This document shows, one piece after another, positions 21,558 through 31,497 of a DNA stretch of 64,000 nt (within the stretch, counting starts at the first letter, position 1; the number at the start of each line of letters is the position of its first letter). The DNA is from Chlamydiales bacterium (GTDB lineage Bacteria > Chlamydiota > Chlamydiia > Chlamydiales > JAAZZY01). The stretch covers positions 160,001-224,000 of the forward strand of contig CBDBKM010000010.1 of NCBI GenBank assembly GCA_965206695.1, read 5' to 3'. A program made the translations under genes and the position numbers. The notes under the pieces are model-generated. The model made no database searches. It saw nothing but the letters and a program-made list of their open reading frames with translations, and was not told where the DNA came from.

Positions 21558-22761
21558 ATGTCCGAGAAGCTATCCATTAAAGATCTTGATATAGATGGCA
21601 AGACTGTAATTATGCGAGTAGATTTTAATATTCCGCAAGATAAAGATCTTAATATCACAGATGATACTAGAATTAAAAAGGCAATAGATTCCATTAAATA
21701 TATACTCGATAAAAATGGTGCGTTAATATTAATGAGCCATTTAGGGAGGCCGAAGGGTAAGAAAGAAGAAAGATATAGCTTATTGCCGTGTGCCAAACGT
21801 TTAGAAGAGTTGCTGCAAGTACCTGTTAAAATGGCTCCGGATTGCATTGGAGATGAGGTAAAAGAATTAGTGGATAACATAAAACCTCAAGAAATTGTAC
21901 TTTTAGAAAATTTAAGATTTCATGCAGCGGAAAGAAAAGCCTGATTCTGACTTTGCTAAACAATTAGCCGGTCTAGCGGATCTTTATGTTAATGAAGCTT
22001 TTGGTGCTGCTCATAGAAAACATTCTTCTACTTATACAATAGCCTCTTATTTTCCGGGAAAAGGGGCTTTAGGTTTTTTGATGGAAAAAGAAATTGCTTT
22101 TTTAGGAGAAGCATTTCAAAATCCGAAGCGTCCCTTTCATGCAATTATTGGTGGAGCTAAAGTCTCTTCTAAGATTGGTGCTTTAAAGGCTCTTATTGAT
22201 AAAGTCGATAGCCTTATGATTGCCGGAGCTATGGCCAATACATTCTTAAAGGTGAAAGGGTATTCCATTGGTAGTTCTCTTTACGAAAAGGATTATCTAA
22301 AATTGGCAGAAGAAATTATTGTATTAGTAAAAAAAAAAGGCATTGAATTACTTCTACCTATCGATGTTTGTGTAGCTCAAGAAATTGCGGATGACGCTAT
22401 TGCAAAATATATTTCAATAGATGTTGGCGTTGAAGCAGATTTTCAAGCTTTAGATATAGGCCCTATGACAATTGAGGCATGTAAAAAAATGCTTGATAAA
22501 GCACAAACAATTTTTTGGAATGGACCCGTTGGTGTAACTGAAATCCCTGTTTTTGCCAAAGGAACGATAGCAATTGCAAATATGTTAGCAAAATCTAAGG
22601 CGATTACTATTATTGGAGGAGGGGATTCAGTAGCTGCGATTAATTCTTTGAATTTAGCGGATCAAATAGATCATATTTCAACCGGAGGAGGTGCCTCTTT
22701 GGAATATATTGAAAAAGGGCAGCTTCCCGGCATCGAGGCTTTATCTCTAAAAAAAACCTAA
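21558..22761 (+). pseudogene. pgk: Phosphoglycerate kinase, frameshifted (ORFs 21558-21944 and 21922-22761)
   Basis: RVDFNIP, SHLGRP, LLENLRF | GAAHRKH, GGAKVSSK, GGGDS, STGGGASLE; one extra A in GCGGAAAGAAAAG near 21933. Confidence 0.9.
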
Positions 22762-23142
22762 CAATCAATTGTTTGAATTAAAAAATAACACTACTTATTT
22801 TTTTTAATAAGTCCTTGTATTGCTTTAATAGGTTCGAGATGCTAACCTTTTTCTTAAGGTTATTATGCAAAGTTAGTGCTAATAGCCCTTTTCTAAATGG
22901 GTAATTCATAACAGATATTTAGTGTTGAAGAGAGGCTGATTGAAATGAACATTTAATTTAAGTGTTCACGGTTTTTTTTTTAACTTTTTTTTTGGAGCTA
23001 CCTTTGTTAGCTGTGCTTTTGCAGAATTATTTCTGTCCTTCCTGCATAAATCGAGAAATTTGTTTTTCTAATCTCGGTAGTAGTATCGAGCAATCATTTT
23101 CATTTCATATTAAACACTCACTATTTCCTAAAAGGTTTTGCT

Positions 23143-24696
23143 ATGTTGCTTAAAAGTAAGAAAGTTGCGACTTACATTTGGCCGATAAAACGGTATGAAT
23201 TAAAAAAATTCATACCTATGCTTATTATCTTTTTCTTGATTGGTTTCATTTATAATATTTTAAAAAATACTAAGGATGCTTTAGTGATAACAGGTCAGGA
23301 TTCAGGCGCTGAAATTATTCCCTTTATTAAGGTCTGGTTGATGCTTCCCGGAGCCTTGTTGATGACATCGATTTTTTCTAAATTATCAAATCGATTCAGC
23401 ATGGAAAAAGTTTTTTATATCATGATCTCAATTTTTATCGTCTTCTTCGCCTTTTTTACATTTTTATTATATCCCCATGCAGAACGGTTACATTTACATA
23501 CTTTTGGCGATTTTTTACAGAATATCTTACCGACCGGATGTGCCGGGTTGATAGCGATGATTCGTTTTTGGTCTTATACTTTATTTTACGTCATGTCTGA
23601 ACTGTGGAGTTGTATTGTCTTGTCTATGCTATTTTGGGGATTTGCTAATGAAGTGACATCTGTAGGAGAAGCGACCAGGTTTTATGGGCTTTTTGGGATT
23701 GGAATGAATCTTTCTGCAATAGCAGCGGGTCAAATTTCGATATTATTATCGCGTTTCCATATGGCATCTGATGGGGGATCCTGGGAAACTACGCTAACTT
23801 TATTGACAATGGCTGTGATCGTTGTAGGCCTTTTGATTATGCTGATGTATCGTTGGATGATCGTTTATGTTCTACCTGATAAACGCTTCTACTCTCTTAA
23901 AGAAGATTCGAAACGAACAAAAGCTTCTTATAAGATGTCGCTAAGAAAAAACTTTAGCTACCTTGCGAAATCAAAATATCTTATCTCTATTGCTCTGATT
24001 GTTTTATCATATAGTCTTGTGATCAATTTCGTTGAAGTTTTATGGAAAGATCAAATAGGTCAGCTGTATCCCGACCCTAATGATTATAATATCTATATAA
24101 ATAAAGTAACGATGTGTACAGGGGTTATTGCGACACTAATAGCCTTCTTTTCTGCGACCATTATCAAAATATGTGGGTGGACAAAGACCGCTTTAATTGT
24201 TCCGGTCATTTTATTGACAACCAGTATAGTTTTCTTTTTTTGCTTCTTTTGCAATGACATGCTATACGCGGGTATTGTTTCAGCTCTAGGTATTACTCCA
24301 CTGGCTTTAGTTGTTTTATTTGGTTCAACACAAAATATTATGAGTAGGGCCATGAAATTTACTTTATTCGATGCGACGAAAGAACTCGCTTTTGTTCCTT
24401 TAGGCGATGAGTGTAAAAGAAAAGGAAAAGCAGCTATTGATGGAGTAGGATCTAGACTGGGCAAGTCCGGAAGCTCTTTGATTTTCCAGGGACTATTAAT
24501 GGGATGTAGTGGCTTGACTGCAACAGCACCAATTGTAGCCTGTCTTTTAGCTGTTATGATTGTTGTTTGGATAATATCTATTAAAGTATTAGGTAAGGAA
24601 TTCAATACTTTGGTGAAAGCTCAAGAAACGATGCATATAGAAGATGAGGAACCTTCCCTTACTAAAACATCTACTATTGATCCTCAGACAGCTTAA
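23143..24696 (+). CDS. NTT/Tlc family ADP/ATP (nucleotide) translocase
   Basis: ELKKFIPM, KDALV, SGAEIIPFIKVW, FWGFANEVT, KGKAAIDGVGSRLGKSG. Confidence 0.95.
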   Translation: MLLKSKKVATYIWPIKRYELKKFIPMLIIFFLIGFIYNILKNTKDALVITGQDSGAEIIPFIKVWLMLPGALLMTSIFSKLSNRFSMEKVFYIMISIFIVFFAFFTFLLYPHAERLHLHTFGDFLQNILPTGCAGLIAMIRFWSYTLFYVMSELWSCIVLSMLFWGFANEVTSVGEATRFYGLFGIGMNLSAIAAGQISILLSRFHMASDGGSWETTLTLLTMAVIVVGLLIMLMYRWMIVYVLPDKRFYSLKEDSKRTKASYKMSLRKNFSYLAKSKYLISIALIVLSYSLVINFVEVLWKDQIGQLYPDPNDYNIYINKVTMCTGVIATLIAFFSATIIKICGWTKTALIVPVILLTTSIVFFFCFFCNDMLYAGIVSALGITPLALVVLFGSTQNIMSRAMKFTLFDATKELAFVPLGDECKRKGKAAIDGVGSRLGKSGSSLIFQGLLMGCSGLTATAPIVACLLAVMIVVWIISIKVLGKEFNTLVKAQETMHIEDEEPSLTKTSTIDPQTA

Positions 24697-24949
24697 GATA
24701 AGCGCCTATATAAAACATAGGCACTTAGAATCTTCTATTTTTCGTATAATACTCCTATAAAAGAAGCTACGCTATCTTGTGGAATTCCCGTTTGAGCGTA
24801 GATATCTTCAGATATTTATTTTGAAGAACCTTCTCTCCACAGTTTACAATTGCTCAACTCAAATGCTACAGTATGGACAAGATCGTATTATGCTTACTGA
24901 TGCCGGGAAACATCTTGTTGTGTATTACTTCATTTTTAGTCGTTGGGAT

Positions 24950-25100
24950 TTTTAAAAAAAATCAATCGGAAAAAGGTTTTTAATATAGTCCGGGCCTTAT
25001 TGAGAGAGCGGAAGCGTTTATATTTTTTTTTGCGATGATCTTGGTGCCGAGCGCGTTTGTTTTCCTATCGATTACTTTTAGCTTTTTAGTCTTTTTGACA
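24950..25100 (-). pseudogene. Possible decayed transposase C-terminal fragment (IS6-like)
   Basis: Minus frame SNR*ENKRARHQDHRKKKYKRFRSLNKARTILKTF resembles IS6 C-termini; short and degraded. Confidence 0.3.
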
Positions 25101-25143
25101 GCGATTATTAGAGTCTATCAATTTTATAAATTAACGCTTGTTT

Positions 25144-26706
25144 TTAATAGTGATCGGGAGTCTTAGGCGTAAGCCCGTTATAATTGATGCATTTAAAGAT
25201 TAACGCTCCCTTAACTAAGGTACCATAGCTATAAAAAAGAGGAGCAATTCCCATAAATTCCACTTCATGGAAGTATGGCATGAGTTTTTCTTTGTGATGT
25301 TGAATACGAGCATCAATTTCTTTAAGAAACTCATCAGAATTTTGACTCCATACATAGTAACCCGTTTGACCGATCTTGTTGGGATTCATTCGGGGCCAAT
25401 AGGAGAATTGATTTTTTCTTTTCCCGTCTAGGTTTAAAAAATAAGCAAGCTCTTGACCGGGAGCATAAAAACTTAGAATACTACTCATTTGATAGCTGTC
25501 TGCAAATAAGAAGCTATTTTCTTTCTTATAACCGGCTTGGTTTAGTTCATGGGTTAAGTAGCTCCATCCTAAACTATGTCTAAATGGATTGATTTTATAA
25601 GGGATTTTCATACCGGTTAATAGGTTATTTTGTTGCAAAAAGGGTATGATCAAAAGTAAAAAAACCTGGATAATAGATAAGGTTAAGCCATAATTAATCC
25701 AACGAATTCCTTTTTTGAGATATTCTACAGCATACCAACCAAGAGCAATAACACCTGTAGGGTAAGCATATAAAGCCCAAGTGGGCTGCATCTTATTAAA
25801 AATCGATGAAATAAGGAAAAAAAACAGGATCAGAATACAGGTGCCGCCTGAAAATAGAATAGCCGGTTGCATCTGTTTGGCTTTTTTTATAATAAGAAAG
25901 AGAGCTAAGAGCAAAAGTATAAATAAAATAGGGGATAAAATAGCAAACTGTGCGCCAAAAAATTCCCAAAAATTCCCATGAAATAGGGGTTTCGATGATA
26001 CCCAACGGTGTCCACCGGTAGACTGGGTAAACACATGTTTAAAAGTCGCCCATTCATTGTTCAAATTCCAAATAAAACTTGGAATAAGTCCACAAAGGGA
26101 AATGATAAAACCCACAATAATACTAAAAAAGCGCATGTTAGAATAGAAAAACCAAGTTAGCAGAATTGGGATCCATAAAATATAAATAGGCCATTTAAAT
26201 AAGGCCCCTAAGAAAATTAAGAAACCAATTAAATAATAATTAGGTTTTTTACCGGCTGTTAATGCGTAACAAATAGGGCAACAGGTTAAAATCCAGAATA
26301 GAATAAGCCCACCATCTGTAGTGGCGGCAAAATTCCCCAGAAGTCCTATTGGAGAAAAAGTGAGAACAAGAGCGATAAAAAAAGCTGTGATTCTTTGTAG
26401 ACCCGAACAAAAAGCTAAATAATAGATAGCAAAAGCCGATAATATAGAAAAGATTACCGACATGAAACGAACACCTAATTCGGTATTGCCAAATATCTGA
26501 CATCCGATATAGATTTGCCAGGCAATCCCGGGGGGTTTGCTATAGTATCCCCAGTCTAAATATTGACTCCATGTCCAATATTGAGCTTCATCAGGGGCTA
26601 AATTAATGTATCCTATTGATATTTCAGATAGCGCCCAAACTGCTTTGAATAAAAGGAGGAGTGATAAAAAAAGTAAATCTTTTCGGCCTGAAAATAGTCT
26701 TTGCAT
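25144..26706 (-). CDS. ArnT/GT39-like integral membrane glycosyltransferase
   Basis: DEAQYWTWS..LDWGYYSKPP, ELGVR, many TMs; likely start ATG at 26706 (the ORF-track extension runs into the repeat). Confidence 0.88.
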   Translation of the reverse strand: MQRLFSGRKDLLFLSLLLLFKAVWALSEISIGYINLAPDEAQYWTWSQYLDWGYYSKPPGIAWQIYIGCQIFGNTELGVRFMSVIFSILSAFAIYYLAFCSGLQRITAFFIALVLTFSPIGLLGNFAATTDGGLILFWILTCCPICYALTAGKKPNYYLIGFLIFLGALFKWPIYILWIPILLTWFFYSNMRFFSIIVGFIISLCGLIPSFIWNLNNEWATFKHVFTQSTGGHRWVSSKPLFHGNFWEFFGAQFAILSPILFILLLLALFLIIKKAKQMQPAILFSGGTCILILFFFLISSIFNKMQPTWALYAYPTGVIALGWYAVEYLKKGIRWINYGLTLSIIQVFLLLIIPFLQQNNLLTGMKIPYKINPFRHSLGWSYLTHELNQAGYKKENSFLFADSYQMSSILSFYAPGQELAYFLNLDGKRKNQFSYWPRMNPNKIGQTGYYVWSQNSDEFLKEIDARIQHHKEKLMPYFHEVEFMGIAPLFYSYGTLVKGALIFKCINYNGLTPKTPDHY

Positions 26707-26714
26707 TAGCGTAT

Positions 26715-27013
26715 ATTCGTGTTGGAGGCTTATGATCTCGCCAAACATCGTGTTTGACTCACCGCTCTTTTCCTGCTTCTTCGCTGCTCCGTCTTTGCTA
26801 ACCCATATTGGGCGACGCTCAGGAATTATTTGCAACGCTACAGGCACTCTACCGCTCACGCAGCGGATCAGATTTAAAAATCAACCAAACTATAGCATAC
26901 GAAGCTATTTTAATAAAGGAAAAGATCGCATAGCCCAACTAAAATTAAATGCCTTTCAAACTCTCTGCCGTCGCAACCGAGTTTGGGGGTTGACTGCATC
27001 CGTGCAGTCTTCA
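26715..27013 (-). mobile_element. 299-bp non-coding element (copy 1): ends of the tnpB element at 60653-61939 plus omega-RNA-like scaffold
   Basis: Roughly 90% identical to 45894-46188; shares TGAAGACTGCACGGATGCAGTC left end, GCCTGT...GAAGCAGGAAAAG scaffold and CGAAT right end with the tnpB element. Confidence 0.85.
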
Positions 27014-27060
27014 TAGATAATTTTTATGAGATTTCAGAATATGTTCGTTTATGAAATAAA

Positions 27061-27831
27061 TCAATCATCTCTGTCGTGAAAACTAAAAAAATCTCTTAAA
27101 GCTTGAAGCGATACATCTCTTCCTAAAGTAGCAATTGAATCAAGTAAAGGGATATTTTTAGGGCACACTCTTTCGCAATTTTGAGCATTTCCACAGTCAC
27201 TAATTCCGCCTTCTTCCATTATAGAATGTATCCTTTTATGCCTTTGCATTTTCCCTATAGGGTGTGCATTGAATAATCGGGCTTGTGATATAGGTGCAGG
27301 GCCCATAAATTTAGATCTATTACTGACTTGCGGACAAGATTCAGAACAACAGCCACAAGTCATACAAGTGGAAAGAGTATACATGATCTGTTGCTTTTCT
27401 TGACTAATTTTGGGAGCAACACCTCTTTCATAGGCACCATCGCTTTCAATCCAAGCGTTGACTTTTTTCAAATTATCAAACATCACACTACGGTCAACTA
27501 TTAAATCTCTGATTAAAGGAAACTTTGTAAAAGGGGCTAATATAATCGTAGTATTGTTGCTCTCTTTAATAAGACGTTTAATGATCCCCGTACAAGCTTG
27601 CCTGGGCTTTCCATTTACTAACATTGAACAGGAACCACAAACTTCTTCTAAACAACCGTCTTCCCAAACGATGGGCTCGACTCGTTTGCCTTTTGTGTTT
27701 ACCGGATTTTCACGGATTCTCATTAAAGAAGAGATGATATTTGCAAAAGGGGTGACTTCTAATTCAAATGATTCCCAATATTGGTTACCGGGATGGCCAC
27801 GATATATTTTTAAAATAAAGTTATTAACCAT
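27061..27831 (-). CDS. sdhB: Succinate dehydrogenase Fe-S subunit
   Basis: CLEEVCGSC, CMTCGCCSESCP, CGNAQNCERVCP clusters; start at MVNNF after GGAG. Confidence 0.96.
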   Translation of the reverse strand: MVNNFILKIYRGHPGNQYWESFELEVTPFANIISSLMRIRENPVNTKGKRVEPIVWEDGCLEEVCGSCSMLVNGKPRQACTGIIKRLIKESNNTTIILAPFTKFPLIRDLIVDRSVMFDNLKKVNAWIESDGAYERGVAPKISQEKQQIMYTLSTCMTCGCCSESCPQVSNRSKFMGPAPISQARLFNAHPIGKMQRHKRIHSIMEEGGISDCGNAQNCERVCPKNIPLLDSIATLGRDVSLQALRDFFSFHDRDD

Positions 27832-27841
27832 TGACTCCTCC

Positions 27842-29722
27842 TTAAAATGGCATATCAATATGATCAGGCACATTGGTTAAAGTCGGTAGGATTCTATTTG
27901 CGGTAGTATAATTACGCATAACAGGTTGCATATGTCTTAAATCGATAGGATTGTAAGTAATATCGGGTTCGCCTGTTTGCGGATTGTAAGTGGCAATAGT
28001 TTCTTTTAACCAATTTTTATCATCTCTTTCAGGGAATTCCGGTTTAAAGTGTGAGCCTCTAAATTCATCTCTTAATAAAGCTCCTTTTGTGATAACCAAA
28101 GCTAATTCTAACATAGGTCCGAAACGATTTGCCGCCATGTACGTTTGATTAGCAAACCGGCTTCTATCATGTATCCCAATTTGTTGATATCGCTCACGTA
28201 TTTCTTTTATTTTGTTCATTGTAGCTTGTAAGTCTTTATTGTTTCTTTTGACAGTAACGTTACGTACCATCCAATCAGCTAATTCGGTATGTAGCTGAAA
28301 CACATTTTCTTTACCGGTACGAGATAAAATTTCTTGTTTTAAGGCTTCCTCTTGTTGAAGAGCTTCATCAAAACAAGAGGTAGAGAGTTCTGTAGCTCTT
28401 TTATTTAGAGTACTAAGATATCCGGGGATTTCAACTCCGGCTACCAATCCACCATAAATACATGATAATAAAGAATTGGCTCCTAATCGGTTAGCTCCGT
28501 GGTATTGATACTCAGATTCGCCGGCTTGAAAACATCCCGGGATATTAGTCATCTGTCTAAAGCGTTCATGACGATCAGCGTCATCTATAGCAGGCCAATC
28601 TACCCATGCTCCGCCCATAGAATAATGAACACCGGGAAAGATTTTCATTGGTAATTTTCTGGGATCATCTCCGGTAAATTTTTCATAAATATCTAATACG
28701 GAATCTAATTTTTCTTTTGTTGCTATATCTAAGTGGCTAGCATCCAAAAATACTTGCATTTGCCCATCAATTCCCAGCCCAAGTTCGCAGACACGTAAGA
28801 CTGCTCGTGCTCCAATATCACGCGGAACAAGATTTCCAAAAGCCGGATACATTTCTTCAAGGAAATACCATGGTTTTCCTGTCTCGCCACAGGGGATTTC
28901 TTTTCCTTCAGGTGTTTCTATGGCTTTAGATGAATCGCCATATACCCAAATGCGCCCACCTTCTCCACGTACTGATTCAGAAATTAGGCGAAGCTTATCC
29001 TCTCCCGGAATAGAAGTAGGGTGAATTTGAATGAATTCACCATTAGCATACTGCATGCCTTGCATAAACAAACGACCATTTGCAGCACCTGTACAAAAAG
29101 TTGAGTTTGTAGATTTTTTAAAAATGAGACCCGGGCCACCGGTCGCGATTACAACAGCATCGGCTTTTAGTATTTCTAATTTGAGATTAAAGAGATTCAT
29201 AAGGACAATACCTCGAGCTCTCCTTTCTTCATCAATAATAAGCCGCATAAATTCATGATTTTCGAACTTTTCAACCAGATTTTTGGCTTCATAGCGTCTG
29301 ACTTGTTCATCTAATCCGTAAAGAAGTTGTTGGCCGGTAGAAGCACCGCAAAAAGCAGTTCGATGATATAGCGTTCCTCCAAACCGTCGAAAGTCAAGGT
29401 TTCCTTCAGGGGTGCGATTAAAAGGGACGCCAAACCGATCCATCATTTGTAAAATAGCGGGAGCTGTCAAACACATCTCCAAAATAGGTGGTTGGTGAGC
29501 TAAGAAGTCACCACCTTTCATCGTGTCATAAGCATGAACAATAGGAGAGTCTTTTTCTCCCATTGTATCAAGTGCGATATTAATTCCTCCTTGAGCACAA
29601 ACAGAATGAGAACGTTTCACTTTTGTGACAGAGATAAGTTTGACATGAACTCCTTTGTCTGCAAGTTTCATGGTAGCGGATAAGCCGGCTAATCCTCCCC
29701 CAACAACAATAACCGTATGCAT
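27842..29722 (-). CDS. sdhA: Succinate dehydrogenase flavoprotein subunit
   Basis: GGGLAG, RSHSVCAQGG, QIHPT, HYSMGG, HGANRLGANSL. Confidence 0.97.
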   Translation of the reverse strand: MHTVIVVGGGLAGLSATMKLADKGVHVKLISVTKVKRSHSVCAQGGINIALDTMGEKDSPIVHAYDTMKGGDFLAHQPPILEMCLTAPAILQMMDRFGVPFNRTPEGNLDFRRFGGTLYHRTAFCGASTGQQLLYGLDEQVRRYEAKNLVEKFENHEFMRLIIDEERRARGIVLMNLFNLKLEILKADAVVIATGGPGLIFKKSTNSTFCTGAANGRLFMQGMQYANGEFIQIHPTSIPGEDKLRLISESVRGEGGRIWVYGDSSKAIETPEGKEIPCGETGKPWYFLEEMYPAFGNLVPRDIGARAVLRVCELGLGIDGQMQVFLDASHLDIATKEKLDSVLDIYEKFTGDDPRKLPMKIFPGVHYSMGGAWVDWPAIDDADRHERFRQMTNIPGCFQAGESEYQYHGANRLGANSLLSCIYGGLVAGVEIPGYLSTLNKRATELSTSCFDEALQQEEALKQEILSRTGKENVFQLHTELADWMVRNVTVKRNNKDLQATMNKIKEIRERYQQIGIHDRSRFANQTYMAANRFGPMLELALVITKGALLRDEFRGSHFKPEFPERDDKNWLKETIATYNPQTGEPDITYNPIDLRHMQPVMRNYTTANRILPTLTNVPDHIDMPF

Positions 29723-29750
29723 ATTTGCTCACCTTAAACTAAATATCTAT

Positions 29751-29999
29751 CTATTCTTTTCCACAAAAAAGATTATAAAACCAACCAATTACTAATCCGG
29801 CGATCCAACCATCTATCAAGCCATAAATAAGACCTATAATACTGCCTAATACACTGATATGGAATCCGGGATATACACTACCGACTACTTCTAAGAAAAG
29901 AATTCCATAGCCAATCCCTACAGCTAATAGAGTTATGATAAAGAGAGATAACCCCCAGGTTACTCCTAATGCAAGGCCAAGTCGAACAGGTCGAATCAT
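29751..29999 (-). CDS. Small two-TM membrane protein (family often annotated as holin-like)
   Basis: 82 aa, Gly-rich hydrophobic helices, GSVYPGF...GLIDG..G..IGWFYN; GGAGA RBS. Confidence 0.7.
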   Translation of the reverse strand: MIRPVRLGLALGVTWGLSLFIITLLAVGIGYGILFLEVVGSVYPGFHISVLGSIIGLIYGLIDGWIAGLVIGWFYNLFCGKE

Positions 30000-30020
30000 C
30001 GTTTTTTCTCCATATCATTT

Positions 30021-31010
30021 TTAAGATTTTAGGTTGAACCAATAAGTTCCCCATATAGCAACAAGTCCTAAGAGTGACATTATTATCATTAAAGCCCATG
30101 AAATTCCCAGCATAATTTTTTGAGAGCGTTTGGTTAAAGTGATACCCCAGGTAATGCAAAAGCTCCAAAGTCCGTTAAAGCCATGATAACAGGCTGTAAT
30201 TACCAATATGCTATATAAAGCGATCATCAGAGGATTTTTAAAAGTATCTCTCACAGTCAGAAGAACAGCAGAACCAAATTCTTTAGAAACAGCAATGACT
30301 TGATTTGACTGTAATGTTTTTTTCTCTAAGCCTTTGATGAATTCAGCCTTTAAGGCAGTTTGTTGCTTCCGGATTAGTTCGCTTGCCATACCTTCTTGAT
30401 AAACAGGATTAAAATGTTCAAGAGGAGATATCGAAGATGAAAAAGGCTTTGATTGTGATGATTCTAATTCAGATTTTGCTTTGAGTATAGTGCTCTTATC
30501 AAATAATTGTACATCCAATCGATTGGCTACCGTATATAAGCCTTTATCCATATCAAGGCGAATCATAAAGTAGTTTTTGTTTAGTCCTTCATGAACACTT
30601 ACAGGATAATCTACAAATCGCATTTGAATAACATGTAAAATAATGCCAATGAGTAATATCCATGAGGAGATCCTTTGCCAACTATAGGCTCTGTTACGAG
30701 AGTAAGATAACGCGGGAGCTTTACCACCACCCGGAAAAGAATTAAATTTACCGGTAAAAATATATCGAATTCCAAAAAGACCGTGAATTAAAATAGGGAT
30801 ACCCAACAAAACGATTTCGATTACAGGTAAATACGGGAGGTTATGAATACCATTAACAATTTTTACAAATTCATTCCCGGTGCCTCCAATAAAAAGAGCA
30901 GCTTGTGAATTAGTGACAAGATGTTCAATTAAATAAATAACAATCCAAAGTCCGAAAAAAGAATGTATTCTTCGGTTTATAAATGTTGTAGAGAGACTTG
31001 GAGTGCTCAT
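30021..31010 (-). CDS. sdhC: Succinate dehydrogenase cytochrome b558 subunit
   Basis: RRIHSFFG, EHL..N, QRISSWIL..H, HGFNGLWSFC..WG; start taken at MSTPSL. Confidence 0.93.
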   Translation of the reverse strand: MSTPSLSTTFINRRIHSFFGLWIVIYLIEHLVTNSQAALFIGGTGNEFVKIVNGIHNLPYLPVIEIVLLGIPILIHGLFGIRYIFTGKFNSFPGGGKAPALSYSRNRAYSWQRISSWILLIGIILHVIQMRFVDYPVSVHEGLNKNYFMIRLDMDKGLYTVANRLDVQLFDKSTILKAKSELESSQSKPFSSSISPLEHFNPVYQEGMASELIRKQQTALKAEFIKGLEKKTLQSNQVIAVSKEFGSAVLLTVRDTFKNPLMIALYSILVITACYHGFNGLWSFCITWGITLTKRSQKIMLGISWALMIIMSLLGLVAIWGTYWFNLKS

Positions 31011-31089
31011 ATTATTCAAACATAAATTTATACAATTTTTTTTTACATTAACAATATATCCGACTTTTGCCAAGTAAAACTTTTATGAT

Positions 31090-31392
31090 AAGCAACAACT
31101 TAGAGCTTGATACGGACTCATTCTATGAGATCCACAAAAAAAGTGGAAAATAGAAGAGTACCATAAATCTATTAAGCAAAATGCAAGTCCGGCAAAATTG
31201 CTTACCAAGGTTGAGAGATTTCAAAAAAATCATATTTTTACATCTCTTGTTGCTTATGGCAAGGCGGAATTGTTAAAATTAAGATCGACTTAAATCATTT
31301 TGCTTTTCAATAGCAATTGTTAATCAAGGCAAATCAGGTAACTTTTTATGAACGGAAAAAATGATATGCTACTTGATTTTGCATAAGATGAG
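31090..31392 (+). pseudogene. IS701-like transposase C-terminal remnant with right end
   Basis: WKIEEYHKSIKQNAS...QKNHIF..LNHFA with frameshifts; terminal GCATAAGATGAG. Confidence 0.7.
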
Positions 31393-31497
31393 TTATTAAT
31401 CGGATGTTCTTGAAGTTTTACTTGGATATTATTTTATTTCCCGTGTATTATTCATAATTTATAAAATTAATTTAGTTTTTATTAATTAGGTATAATT

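Noticed and set aside
24760..24910. VWTRSYYA-like string suggesting an IS200 tnpA relic
   Set aside because: Only about 8 codons match and spacing to other motifs does not fit
26992..27009. GCACGGATGC hairpin resembling a CsrA/RsmA binding site
   Set aside because: Single site located exactly at the element boundary in all three copies; better explained as an element end, though not excluded
26715..27013. Repeat as group II intron fragment, riboswitch or IS110 bridge RNA
   Set aside because: No domain V or GUGYG start, and no IS110 recombinase nearby; homology to the tnpB element ends and 3' region explains it
26606..27016. Plus-strand ORFs of 136 aa and 86 aa (45848-46108) sharing CWRLMI.PNIVF.SPLFSCF
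   Set aside because: Similarity comes from the shared repeat; the frames diverge after a 4-nt indel and they are antisense to the structured RNA-like strand
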